The notes beneath the pieces are model-generated. The model was not told the DNA's origin. It ran no database searches and saw only the letters and a list, made by a program, of their open reading frames with translations. Shown here in pieces: positions 37,794 through 49,097 of a stretch of DNA of 64,000 bases. Source of the DNA: Piromyces finnis finn (taxonomy: Eukaryota; Fungi; Neocallimastigomycota); NCBI GenBank assembly GCA_002104945.1, contig MCFH01000048.1, positions 1 to 64,000 on the forward strand, written 5' to 3'. Both the position numbers and the translations under genes were made by a program. Each line of letters starts with the position of its first letter. Within the stretch, counting starts at the first letter, position 1.

Positions 37794-38414
37794 TGATAAA
37801 TAATAATTATAAATATATTATAAATTTGATATTAGTAGAAAATTTTATTATAAAATAATTATTAAATAATTTTATATACTTTATTATAAAAATATAATTT
37901 ACATAAAATCAAATATTTTATAAATTTATATATTTGATTGGGTTAAATAATAAAAATAATTTTTAATATAAAGAATAATAATATTTTTTAGTAGAAAATG
38001 AGAAGACTTAGATTATTAATAATAAGTAAAATTTTAATAATAATTAATATAGTTAATTAAATAATACATAATAATATTTAAAAGACAAAAATAAGTTTTT
38101 ATATAATAAAAATTATTGTTAAAAAGAGTGTAAAAACAATAAATAAAAGAAAATATAAAAACGAAATTAAACTTGTCTAATTTGTAATTATTGTGTTAAT
38201 AATAAATAATATTTTATAGAATAAATCTGGCGTTATTATTCTATATAAATATTATTAAAATAATAAAACTATTAAAATTATAAAACAAATTAAATTTATT
38301 AAATAAAACTAGTAGAAATTGTTAAAGCTCGTACAATAACTGTCGAGATAAAACAATATAAGATAACAGAAGAAGTAGTTAAAAAGTTGTAATATAACTA
38401 CCAATCCGTTATCA
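37794..38414 (+). mobile_element. Solo LTR, family I (opposite orientation)
   Basis: 621 bp, reverse complement of 22224-22844, with AAAA on both sides. Confidence 0.9.
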
Positions 38415-38418
38415 AAAA

Positions 38419-40228
38419 TGATATAATTTGATAATAATCTTAATTTTAAAATTTACTTCAAAAAGTGATTATCATATTATATCTTTGATTATAACTATAT
38501 AAGTTATATGGATTAGAATTTAAAATTGTTTTTATAAAAATTAATATAGTTGTTTTATTAAAAACACTAAATTGTTTTATTAGAAACACTCGTTTTTCTA
38601 ATATTTAATTATTTAAAATTTTATTCATTTAATTATAAGAGTGATTATTAGAATTAGAAAATATCAACTAAACTATATAATATTTCTTTATTAATAATAA
38701 TAATGATTAAAATGAGAATATTTACATGTATTTATATTTTCTTTTAAATTTAAACTATTTACATTAAAATAATAAAATTAATAACTATTTACAATAAAAG
38801 TAATAAAAGTAATTAAAAATACCAATAAAGGAAACAATTAAAAGTTAAAGAATATAAAAAGTTGTTTATTTTACAATTAATTAAAGTAATAATTATTTTT
38901 AGCATTTTAATAAAAGTGTTTAATTATATTATTTTATAATATGAATTATTATATTTGTCTACTTTTAAAGTGTAATTTACTAACGAAGTTATTAAATATT
39001 CCATAACACTGCATATATTTTAATTATTGAAAGAAAATAATAAACTTTAATTAATCGAGATCAAAATATTATAACTTTTGTTAAATTAATTGTTAAATTA
39101 ATTTTAGAATTTTGGTATAGTAATTAATTAAACTATAACTTATTTTAAGTTACTTTTAGGGTAAACTTAAAATGTTAAGTTTTTGGATTTGGTTATGCGG
39201 CCAGGTCAGAATGTTATCAATTATATAGTAAATATGTTTTTTAAGAAATTAAATTTAAATATAAAATAACCCTTTAAACTTCCAAATGAAAAATTAATAT
39301 TTATTCTTTAGAATAACTTTTTTATAAAATTTTATTTATTTATTAATAATAATATAAATGATAATATATTTAATAACTATATAATTAAGATTATAACTAT
39401 AATCTTTACAAAGAATTAAAATCAAATTCAATTCATTCTATTTTATATTCTTTGTTCAGATTATTAAATTGATAAAAATAAAGTATTACATGTAATATGT
39501 TAATAATATAATAAGATTGTTTGTTTATTTGTTTGTTTGTTTGTTTTGTCATGACATAAAATAAAATAAACATATGATTAATCATTTAAACACTTGATCC
39601 ATTAACCTATTTTATAATAATTAAAATTATTTAATTTATAAATGTTAACTGTTACACCTAAATGGTTTAGTTCTATTTTTAGTAACAGTCACTATCATTA
39701 ATTAAATTAATATAATTAAAATTTCTATATTGATATCTTTTTAATTTTTCGTCAAGTCATAAGAAATGTCTATGATCCATACTTGATATCATATTAATTT
39801 TAATTTACTTATTAAAATCTTCAAATGATCATATCTTCCTTAAATGACCAGTTAGAAGGACCGCGATTGTACCAAAATATAGCTTTTCCTTTAAGCTTTC
39901 CAACAAATTTAGTTTCACAGCCGTAGTACTTATAGTCGTAGCGTTCGTTTTTGGCGAGTTACACCTTGTTTCGTGTTTGTTTATTTTTGGTTAAGGGTTA
40001 TAGTGTATTGATATTAAATTTTTTGAAATCATAACCCTTTCACTGAATCAAAATTTAAAAGGTGACTTTTAAAGGTGTTTTAAAATAATTATTGGGATCA
40101 TTTAATTCTAATTATTATGTTTAATTGATTATAGATATTATCTGAATTTGTTTTAAATCCAGTTAATATCTTCACATAAAAATCAGGTTTAATAATAATT
40201 TTATATTTATTAATTTCATTATTTATCA
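38419..40228. mobile_element. Family F solo LTR interrupted by a family B solo LTR
   Basis: F sequence stops at 39172 and resumes at 40177. Confidence 0.85.
39173..40176 (-). mobile_element. Solo LTR, family B
   Basis: Near-identical to 6164-7158, with 5-bp TSD TAAAA. Confidence 0.93.
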
Positions 40229-40231
40229 AAA

Positions 40232-40938
40232 TGTTACGGTTCGAGGAATTTACTTTTATTTATAAAATATTAATAAATTTATTAATACTCAAAAATAATA
40301 TTAAAATGAAATAAGAAAAATTGTTTTATTAATAAAATTGTTTTATTAAGATATTAATATAAAAATTATAAAATAAAATAAAAATAAAAATAAAAATATC
40401 TGTATATTCTCTAATTCTTATAATATACACCTTTTTATACTTTTTGTAAAAAATTAAGTAGTGTTAATTAAAAGAATTAGTCTTTAATTATTTACATTAA
40501 TTTTAGTATTTAAATTACTTTTAAATGAATAATAAAATTACATTACTATTATAATAAATATTTATACATATTATTAAATTGATTAACATACATTAAAAGT
40601 TTACTTTAAATATATTTAACTAAAGAATTTTACTATTTTACAGAAATATTATTCATAATTTTAATTAATAAAAATTCATTAACTTGATAAATTAAACTAA
40701 AAGTTCAATAAACTATAATTTTCAATATATTATTATTACTAAATTAATTTTTAAGTTTAATAAAATAAAATTTAAGTTCAATAAAAATAATTATTAATAA
40801 TTTTAAATATAATTTAAGTGTATACATTAATTTACAAATAAGAATATTGTAAAGTTTTCATACATTTAGGAACAATAATGGATTAGGTCATAATCATTAA
40901 TTATGACAAGAATAACATTATTTGTTGGTTCCTTAACA
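40232..40938. mobile_element. Solo LTR-like unit K
   Basis: TGTTA...TAACA termini with AAAA flanks. Single copy in the window. Confidence 0.65.
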
Positions 40939-41636
40939 AAAATGGTACAGAATTTTATTATAAGTACCTTTTTCTTTATTGTTTGGGACACTACAACAGT
41001 TATAAATAACAAATTTATATTCTAGATGAATATTTTTTGATTATATATTATTTTATTATTTTGTTTATTATTTTATTATTTTTATTACAAGCTTTATTAT
41101 TTATAAGTATTATTTATTATTATTTTATATTATCATTTGTTTTAAAAATAGGTATAATCTTAGAAAATAAACTAATATTATTATTAATTCCTTCACTAAA
41201 TCTAACAATAATATTATTTATTCTTCTATTATTATCACCTTATCTTTATTTTATTTATAATATAACTAATATAAACTAACTAAAACTAACTAAAAACTAA
41301 AAACTCTTCTTTTCTTTTTTTTATATATATACGCGTCTTTCTCTTCCTTATATAATTATATTTTTATCATCCTTATATTAAATTATAAAAAGTTTATTTT
41401 ACTTTAATAAATTATTTATAAGTTATTAATTTAATTTAATTTACCATTCTTATTATTACTATCGTTATATAAATTTATTAAATAAAAATATTTAAATCCA
41501 TATATATTATAAGGGTTATTTCATTTACCAAATATATGGATTTATTGCATTTTTCTGAATGTGGTGTACCAAGACATCCCGCCTTAGTTTGGACTTCGTC
41601 CCTTGAAGTCCAATTTTAAATATTTTTTTTTTTTTA

Positions 41637-44600
41637 TTACAATTCAGAAAAATATGGAATTATATTCTTTAAGTGAATATTCCGTTCTGCAATTTCCCCT
41701 GAAATAGGATCACAAACTGTAACTGTATTAAATTCTTTCTTTATGATTTTTAAGGGTCCAGTAAAATAAGGGTCCAGTTTCCTTCTATTGAATACTTTAA
41801 CTAATACTAAATCTCCAGGTTTATATGCGGCTCTCATTCGTTTACTCTGTCGTCTCCGGTCACTCCATAATTTATTGGCTGTTTCAATATTATCGATGGC
41901 TTCTTGTATCCACTTATGATGTCTCACGAACTTCTGTATCCAATATTCCTCTTCGTTCTCATACTTATTCCTGTCTTTCATCAAAGATAGTTCGAAGGGT
42001 TGTAGATCTTTGCGTCCATATAGTAGTTCAAAGCTGCTGAACTTTGTAATTTCGTTTTTACAAGTTCTAAGAGCCCATAATGCACTAGGCAGTATTTCAT
42101 CCCATTCATCTTCTTCATTACCTAATAGTTTCAGATATTTGATTATCTCCTTATTCCGGTTTTCCACTTCTCCATTAGATGCAGGGTGGTATGTCGATAC
42201 GTATTGGACGTACACGTCATGTAAATCCAGGAATGCCTTCGTCTTATCAGATCTAAATTGAGGCCCATTGTCTGTTACTAGAACCTCTGGAATACCATGG
42301 CGAGAAAATACCCTCTTCAAAAAGTCAATGACATCATCGGATTCTATATTCTCCAAAGCCTCAGCCTCCACCCATTTAGTTAAATAGTCCACTAGGACAA
42401 TGATGTATTTATTGCCTTTATTTGTTATTGGCAACGGACCTACCAGATCAAGACCTACTCTTGAAAATGGTAAGCCTGGCTTTGTAGGTATGCTTTCAAC
42501 AAAAAGGTTAGATTTCTGTGGCTTGAATTGTTGGCATCTTGGACAACACTTAATATAAATTTTTATATCGTTATTCATGCCCTTCCAATAAAATTCCTTC
42601 TTTAGCCTATGATAGGTCTTGTATATACCTTCATGTCCGATAGAATGAGCGGCTTCAATTAGTCTGAATTTTTCTTCGTCATCATCTATAATTCTTCTTA
42701 GTTTCCCATTACTCTTGTAGTATTGTATTCCATCCATAGTTATAAGTTTCCTATTAATAAAATCATTTATATTTTTATATTGATTATTATTCTCACTTAT
42801 TTTATTATTAGTAGTAGTATTACTATTGTTCTCCACGATCACGTTGATTGTTTGTTTGTTATGACTTGGTCTTGGTGCTAACTGACTTTCTTCCTTACTG
42901 GTCAATCTTGATAGAGCGTCAGCTATTACATTCTTCTTTCCTTCTTCGTACAACACTTTGATTTTTAATATACTAAACGTAGTGACCCATTTAAGATGTC
43001 GATTATTGGTTGGTTCGCTATTATTAATCAATCCAACTAGCGGTTTATGGTCGGTGATTAATTCAGTTTCCAACGTATTTCCTACTATATAATGCTTGAA
43101 TTTCCTAGAACAATAATATGCAGCTGTCCCTTCTAAATCTGTTACACTATAGTTTTCTTCTGATTTATTCAGTGTCCTACTTACAAAGTGTAGTGGTTTC
43201 TCCATTCCATCTTCATCTATTTGTAAAATCACTCCACCTATCCCATTACGTGATGCATCTGTTCTAATCTTGAATGGTTTATCAAAATCCGGTGGCATTA
43301 ATATCGGAGCTTCTATTAGTCTTAATTTTAAGATTTCAAATGAATTATTCGCCTCTGGACTCCATTTGAACTCTTCGTCTTTCTTTAATAACTTAAATAA
43401 TGGTTTAGCATATTGTGCAAATTTATCAATAAATTTTCGGTAGTAACTTACAGCCCCTAAAAACGAACGCAATTGAGAAACATTTTTCGGTGGTAGCCAG
43501 TTCATGATTACCTGCGTTTTCCCCGGAATTGGTTTAATTCCTTCTTTAGATAATACATGGCCTAGCAATTCTACTTCTTCTTGAAAGAAGTGACACTTCT
43601 CAATGTTGATTCTTAAACCATTTTCCCTGAGTATTTTAAAAACCTTTGATAAATCTCTAATATGTTCTTCCATTGTATTGGAAAAGACTATCAAATCATC
43701 AATATAAATAAAGACACACTTCCCAATAAGGTCGAAGAAAATCCTGTTCATTTCTCTCTGGAAGGTAGCTGGGGCATTACATAACCCGAAAGGCATTACC
43801 TTGAAATTATAGTTTCCATATATAGTGGTAAAACATGTAAGATCTTCATCCTCAGGATACATCGGAACTTGGTGGTAACCCGAAAACAAATCCATAGTAG
43901 TCAAAACAGCTTTCTTACCTACGTAGCACAGTATGTCATCAATTAGTGGTAGAGCGTAGGAATCCTTTATTGTACATTCATTTAAGCGTCGATAATCCAC
44001 ACACATTCGGTATTTTCCATTTTTCTTAGGCACTAAGACTACAGGCGACGACCACGATGAATGGGATGGTTCAATTAATTTATTCTTAATCAGCTTGGTT
44101 AACTCCTCTTTCAATGCATCTGCTTGCACTTTTGATAGCCTATATGCTCGTTGTTTAAAAGGAAACGAGTTTGGCTTCAACCTGATACGATGAGGTAGTA
44201 ATTTTGTTCTACTCAGATCGTCAGTTTTAACAGCGATAACATGATTAAATTTATCAAATAGCTTTCTTACTACATCTCTAATATCTTTCGGAATTTTATT
44301 CACAATATTATTAATAATATTTTCTTTTGTTTCTAACGTTCCTTCTTTTCCTTCATTCTGGGTAGACATCGCTACTGTTATTAACATTGGTGTTTCTTCT
44401 ATAGTTTCCTCCTCTGAATCCTCCCCTTTAGATTCCTGGAGATTTACATCATAATGGAGGTCTGCAATTTTCATGGGAGAATTGTTTTTATCAATGTAAT
44501 ATAAATTATCATCCACAAAATTTAAACTAAACCTATTCCTTTTAAGGGAATCGATTCCAATTAATATATCAAAGATATCATCTTTTTCGATAACCCTAAA

Positions 44601-45719
44601 TATCTCTGTGAAAGTCTTCTCGCCAATTGTGATTTTTAGTTTATATATATCCGTATTCGATGAAGTATTGGAATATGCCTGAAATATTGTCTCTGTAATA
44701 TTTCCTACTGGCTGCTTGTGAATCCTAAATTTGCGGAGTGCTGACTTTGTTATCATATTAACGCTGGCACATGAATCTAAGAATATTTCAGCCTCCACAT
44801 CTTCTACCTTCCCGCGGACTTTGACAACTTTATGTTCTCCAAGCAAGGTGACAGCATTTGTTACTGCATTTTTGAATTTTGGTGTTAATTTCAACTTCTG
44901 GGCAAATGCTGTGCGGAATTTTGGGAACAGGTCTAATAAATTCACAAGTTCTGTTACCACTTCTGTTGAAGCTACTTCTTTAACTAAATCATCTACCTTG
45001 AACTCTTCAAAACCATCCATTAGACGTATGTGTTTTTCAATATTTAAAATTTGTTCTTGCGGTGGGTTAGGGTTTATTTTATCTATTTCCTTCCTTTCTT
45101 GTTTCTTCATTTCAGCATTTCTTTCTTCCCGATTTTTCTTCTTTACATTCTCTATTCTTTTATCATTTAGATAGGATACATCCAAGTGTTCTAACTTCTC
45201 TACTTTGTTTAATTTTCTATTTTCCTTAGGAGTTGTTGCTTTGCTCTTATCATTCTTGCCCAATTCTTCATTTATATCATCCAACTCCTCTTCCATTTCT
45301 TCTTTTCCTATGGTTTCTATTAACTTATTTTCATCTTTGGTTGATTTTCCATCAGAATCTATTGTTATAATTTCAGAAGTGTCCAAGTTCATCTCCTTAT
45401 CATTATTATTTATATAATTCCTTCTCTTATCTAATTGCTCATTATACTTCATAGCAGCAGTTTTAATAGGCATAGGATTTCGCTGTAGTTTATTCTCATG
45501 CATTCTCTTTATTTGGCTGGTTGTTTCCTTGTGCGCATTTTTAGCTTTGCTATTTGTGTCTTTTGATTTCTTCGTTGCAACCAAGGTTATAGACGAAGGC
45601 TCTCGGTAATTATTATTTGAGGTATTAGTATTAATTATGGTTTTATCTACCGTTGGTTGTACCACCGATAGATTGGTTTGTTTACTGGGAGTTGTCCTTC
45701 TCCCAGAGTTTAGTTTAAA
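41637..45719 (-). CDS. pol: Pol (protease, RT, RNase H, integrase) by -1 frameshift
   Basis: FLDSCAS, MCVDYRRLN, YIDDLI, TDASRNG, HHCC and D-D-E. No chromodomain. Confidence 0.95.
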   Translation of the reverse strand, partial: FKLNSGRRTTPSKQTNLSVVQPTVDKTIINTNTSNNNYREPSSITLVATKKSKDTNSKAKNAHKETTSQIKRMHENKLQRNPMPIKTAAMKYNEQLDKRRNYINNNDKEMNLDTSEIITIDSDGKSTKDENKLIETIGKEEMEEELDDINEELGKNDKSKATTPKENRKLNKVEKLEHLDVSYLNDKRIENVKKKNREERNAEMKKQERKEIDKINPNPPQEQILNIEKHIRLMDGFEEFKVDDLVKEVASTEVVTELVNLLDLFPKFRTAFAQKLKLTPKFKNAVTNAVTLLGEHKVVKVRGKVEDVEAEIFLDSCASVNMITKSALRKFRIHKQPVGNITETIFQAYSNTSSNTDIYKLKITIGEKTFTEIFRVIEKDDIFDILIGIDSLKRNRFSLNFVDDNLYYIDKNNSPMKIADLHYDVNLQESKGEDSEEETIEETPMLITVAMSTQNEGKEGTLETKENIINNIVNKIPKDIRDVVRKLFDKFNHVIAVKTDDLSRTKLLPHRIRLKPNSFPFKQRAYRLSKVQADALKEELTKLIKNKLIEPSHSSWSSPVVLVPKKNGKYRMCVDYRRLNECTIKDSYALPLIDDILCYVGKKAVLTTMDLFSGYHQVPMYPEDEDLTCFTTIYGNYNFKVMPFGLCNAPATFQREMNRIFFDLIGKCVFIYIDDLIVFSNTMEEHIRDLSKVFKILRENGLRINIEKCHFFQEEVELLGHVLSKEGIKPIPGKTQVIMNWLPPKNVSQLRSFLGAVSYYRKFIDKFAQYAKPLFKLLKKDEEFKWSPEANNSFEILKLRLIEAPILMPPDFDKPFKIRTDASRNGIGGVILQIDEDGMEKPLHFVSRTLNKSEENYSVTDLEGTAAYYCSRKFKHYIVGNTLETELITDHKPLVGLINNSEPTNNRHLKWVTTFSILKIKVLYEEGKKNVIADALSRLTSKEESQLAPRPSHNKQTINVIVENNSNTTTNNKISENNNQYKNINDFINRKLITMDGIQYYKSNGKLRRIIDDDEEKFRLIEAAHSIGHEGIYKTYHRLKKEFYWKGMNNDIKIYIKCCPRCQQFKPQKSNLFVESIPTKPGLPFSRVGLDLVGPLPITNKGNKYIIVLVDYLTKWVEAEALENIESDDVIDFLKRVFSRHGIPEVLVTDNGPQFRSDKTKAFLDLHDVYVQYVSTYHPASNGEVENRNKEIIKYLKLLGNEEDEWDEILPSALWALRTCKNEITKFSSFELLYGRKDLQPFELSLMKDRNKYENEEEYWIQKFVRHHKWIQEAIDNIETANKLWSDRRRQSKRMRAAYKPGDLVLVKVFNRRKLDPYFTGPLKIIKKEFNTVTVCDPISGEIAERNIHLKNIIPYFSEL

Positions 45720-46744
45720 AGCCCCTTTTCTTCCATTTCGGCAAGTTGTTTAAAAGTATATGGACATTCTATACGTTTGTGTCCATTTTGTCCACATCTG
45801 AAACATTTTATATCGGAATTTCTTTCATCAATCTCCCTTGGAATAGCATTGGTTGGTTCTATCAGGGATACCCTTTTTTCCGCATTTCTTGTTGTAGAAT
45901 AAGATTTATTCATGCCTTGATAAGGGATTAAACCCATTCTACTATTATTATCATTCTGTTGATTTACATAACCATTGGTGTTGCTCCAATTAGACTGTCC
46001 TCCATAAACTCTGCGGTAGCTAGTCCTAGTTCTATTGAAATATGGATATCTAAAGTTCTGGTTAATATTCTTCCTGTCGTAATATGAATTATGCGAATCC
46101 TCTTTATTATCATTCATAAGTCCAGTATAAATCGGATGATTTAATAGAACATTATCACTTTGGGCAGCTAAAGTAACATTCCTTGTTCCTCTCCTTTGGT
46201 TAACTTGTTCCTTGTTTTTCTCTTTAATTTCTCTCTCAGTATTTTCAGCTCGTTCAGCAATTTTGTAAGCTTCTTGTAGGTTCTCACAATCAGACATTCC
46301 TACCTGGGAGCACGGATAGACACGAGCACTAATAGAGTCTCTATATTCCTTCACTGTTATTAATTTCTGATATTCCCTACTTAGATTATGATACAAGTTT
46401 CGATATCTATAATTAAACTTTTTTATAGTTTCTCCTTCCGCAATATTCATGTTTCTAAGTAGGGTCCATTTATCTCCCTCAGTAATCTTCATATCTTCTT
46501 CGATGGCTATTTGTATTTCTTTAAGTGATGGGTAATGGACTTCATTATTTCTTCTTATTTTTAACCTTCTTACAACTTCTTTGGTATCAGACTCTACTGC
46601 GGCCATAGCCCAATTATACACTTGTCTAGGCTCAATTAAATCATAGAGATCCAAAAAGTCGTTCATATCCACTACCCATTCCCATACATTCTTCCCATAG
46701 TTATCAAGTTTGGGAACCTCTTTACGTATAGTAGTTAAATCCAT
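45710..46744 (-). CDS. gag: Gag with CCHC zinc knuckle
   Basis: 344 aa with CFRCGQNGHKRIEC. Ends at TTTAAAC. Confidence 0.92.
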   Translation of the reverse strand: MDLTTIRKEVPKLDNYGKNVWEWVVDMNDFLDLYDLIEPRQVYNWAMAAVESDTKEVVRRLKIRRNNEVHYPSLKEIQIAIEEDMKITEGDKWTLLRNMNIAEGETIKKFNYRYRNLYHNLSREYQKLITVKEYRDSISARVYPCSQVGMSDCENLQEAYKIAERAENTEREIKEKNKEQVNQRRGTRNVTLAAQSDNVLLNHPIYTGLMNDNKEDSHNSYYDRKNINQNFRYPYFNRTRTSYRRVYGGQSNWSNTNGYVNQQNDNNSRMGLIPYQGMNKSYSTTRNAEKRVSLIEPTNAIPREIDERNSDIKCFRCGQNGHKRIECPYTFKQLAEMEEKGLLN

Positions 46745-47133
46745 TTCTCAAAGATGAACTAATATTACTCTTATTATTGTTTGTCTGTTTATTATATCGC
46801 GTGATTTCTAATTGTATATATTTTTATATTTTATTATTATTAACACGCGTATTAATTATAAATTTATGTTATTTTTTATATATAAATATAAACTATTTTA
46901 TTTTAATAAATTTAATTCTTAGAACTACTTATATTATCGACTTTGGTGTAGAAGGCCTTTAGCTAAGAAGTTTTTCATTCAACAGCCGCGATCTACCCAA
47001 AGCGGTTGGTGGAAATATGTGTATTCTTCAAATTAAATAATTAAAATAATATAATTTAATAGTTATATATAATTTATTATTATTATTATTATATATATTA
47101 ATTTATTATTATTATTATTATTATTATTATAAA

Positions 47134-47173
<40 letters not shown>

Positions 47174-48752
47174 TTTTTTGTATAATCTCTATCTATTACT
47201 CATCTATTTTCATAAATTTGCTTGTTGTACGCCCGGATTCTCCACCAAAAACTTGGTACAGAATTTTATTATAAGTACCTTTTTCTTTATTGTTTGGGAC
47301 ACTACAACAGTTATAAATAACAAATTTATATTCTAGATGAATATTTTTTGATTATATATTATTTTATTATTTTGTTTATTATTTTATTATTTTTATTACA
47401 AGCTTTATTATTTATAAGTATTATTTATTATTATTTTATATTATCATTTGTTTTAAAAATAGGTATAATCTTAGAAAATAAACTAATATTATTATTAATT
47501 CCTTCACTAAATCTAACAATAATATTATTTATTCTTCTATTATTATCACCTTATCTTTATTTTATTTATAATATAACTAATATAAACTAACTAAAACTAA
47601 CTAAAAACTAAAAACTCTTCTTTTCTTTTTTTTATATATATACGCGTCTTTCTCTTCCTTATATAATTATATTTTTATCATCCTTATATTAAATTATAAA
47701 AAGTTTATTTTACTTTAATAAATTATTTATAAGTTATTAATTTAATTTAATTTACCATTCTTATTATTACTATCGTTATATAAATTTATTAAATAAAAAT
47801 ATTTAAATCCATATATATTATAAGGGTTATTTCATTTACCAAATATATGGATTTATTGCATTTTTCTGAATGTGGTGTACCAAAATGTAAGAATTAATAA
47901 TTATTTTTTGTATAAATTAATTCTTATTTAATTATTTTTTAATTATTAAATTAATTATTTATTTAAACTATTAGCATACATTCATTTAAATTACTATAAA
48001 CATTTATCTATATTGATATTAATTATTCATTTACTTAATTTAAAATTTATTTAATTACTATATTAATTATTTATTTATTTAATTTAGTAATATATTTAAA
48101 ATAATAGTAAACATTCATTTATTTTTTAATTAATAATTTTTGTATTACATTTTATAAGAAACATTATATATTTTATTTTACGTTTGTATTTTATATTTAT
48201 GTATCGTATCTTGAAATAACTTATAGAAACAATTAGAAAATATAAATACATATTAGGACAATCGGATATTAAGGTTTTTCCGAATTTTAATCGGTTTTAC
48301 TTAATATTACGATGATTGATATATTAGTTATCAATCGAATATCTTTTTAGGTTTTTCTTCTAGTCTTTTCCTAAAAAGATTATTTGTTAAGATTAGAAAT
48401 TCTTTATTAAACTTTAAATTATCAAAAAATTATAAATATAAGGACTCTGGAATTCCACTAAAGAATCCAGAGTTATTATTTTAAGACAATTATAATAAAT
48501 AACCCTTTCAAAAACTATATTCATAAAAAATATTTACATTAAAGATAGTCTTAATATTTTGTGTTTGTTATTATAATTCACTTATAATAAACTCTTTAAG
48601 ATAAGTATTCATTTTTATTTACTATTAAGAAACTTCTCAATTTAATAATACATATTACGATTTGTATTATTATATTGTAGATAATAATTATTATTAAATA
48701 TATAATAATTATTACAATAATAACTCTACTGTAGATAGATAAATTTTAAGTA

Positions 48753-48910
48753 GCCAATTAGATTAAAAAAAAAATTTAAATTACCAATTAAATAGTTTTA
48801 AAAAAAAAAAAAAATTAAATTGCCAATTAAATAGTTTAAAAAAAAAAAAAAAAAAAAAAATTAAATTTCCAATTAATTAGTTAAAAAAAAAAAAAAAAAA
48901 AAAAAAATTT
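48753..48910 (+). repeat. About four degenerate CCAATTA..TAG-poly(A)-TTAAATT units in the element 3 leader
   Basis: Directly visible, with variable A-tract length. Confidence 0.7.
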
Positions 48911-49097
48911 AAATTTTAAGACAAATAATAATAATAATTAAATATAGTGATAATATTAAAAGACATATAGTTTATTTTCTTATAATAGTGATTTTAAATA
49001 TACAAATATAAGTATTCAAATATATAATATAAATTTTATTAATAAAAAAAATTTTTTTTTAGTGATATATATTATATAACAATTATATTTAAATATA

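Larger units (their letters stand above)
40943..47882 (-). mobile_element. Full-length tRNA-primed Ty3/Gypsy element (element 2)
   Basis: 629-bp LTRs 40943-41571 and 47254-47882 (no differences seen), PBS TGGTGGAGAATCCGGGC (47231-47247), PPT AAGGCGGGATGTCT, A-run TSD. Confidence 0.97.

Noticed and set aside
34468-40942. CRISPR-like array of units separated by short spacers
   Set aside because: The units are 0.5-1.5 kb LTRs with TG...CA ends and TSDs. There are no short direct repeats and no cas genes.
41037-47590. Duplicated 80-aa ORFs at 41037 and 47348
   Set aside because: These are low-complexity Ile/Leu/Phe frames inside the two LTRs of element 2.
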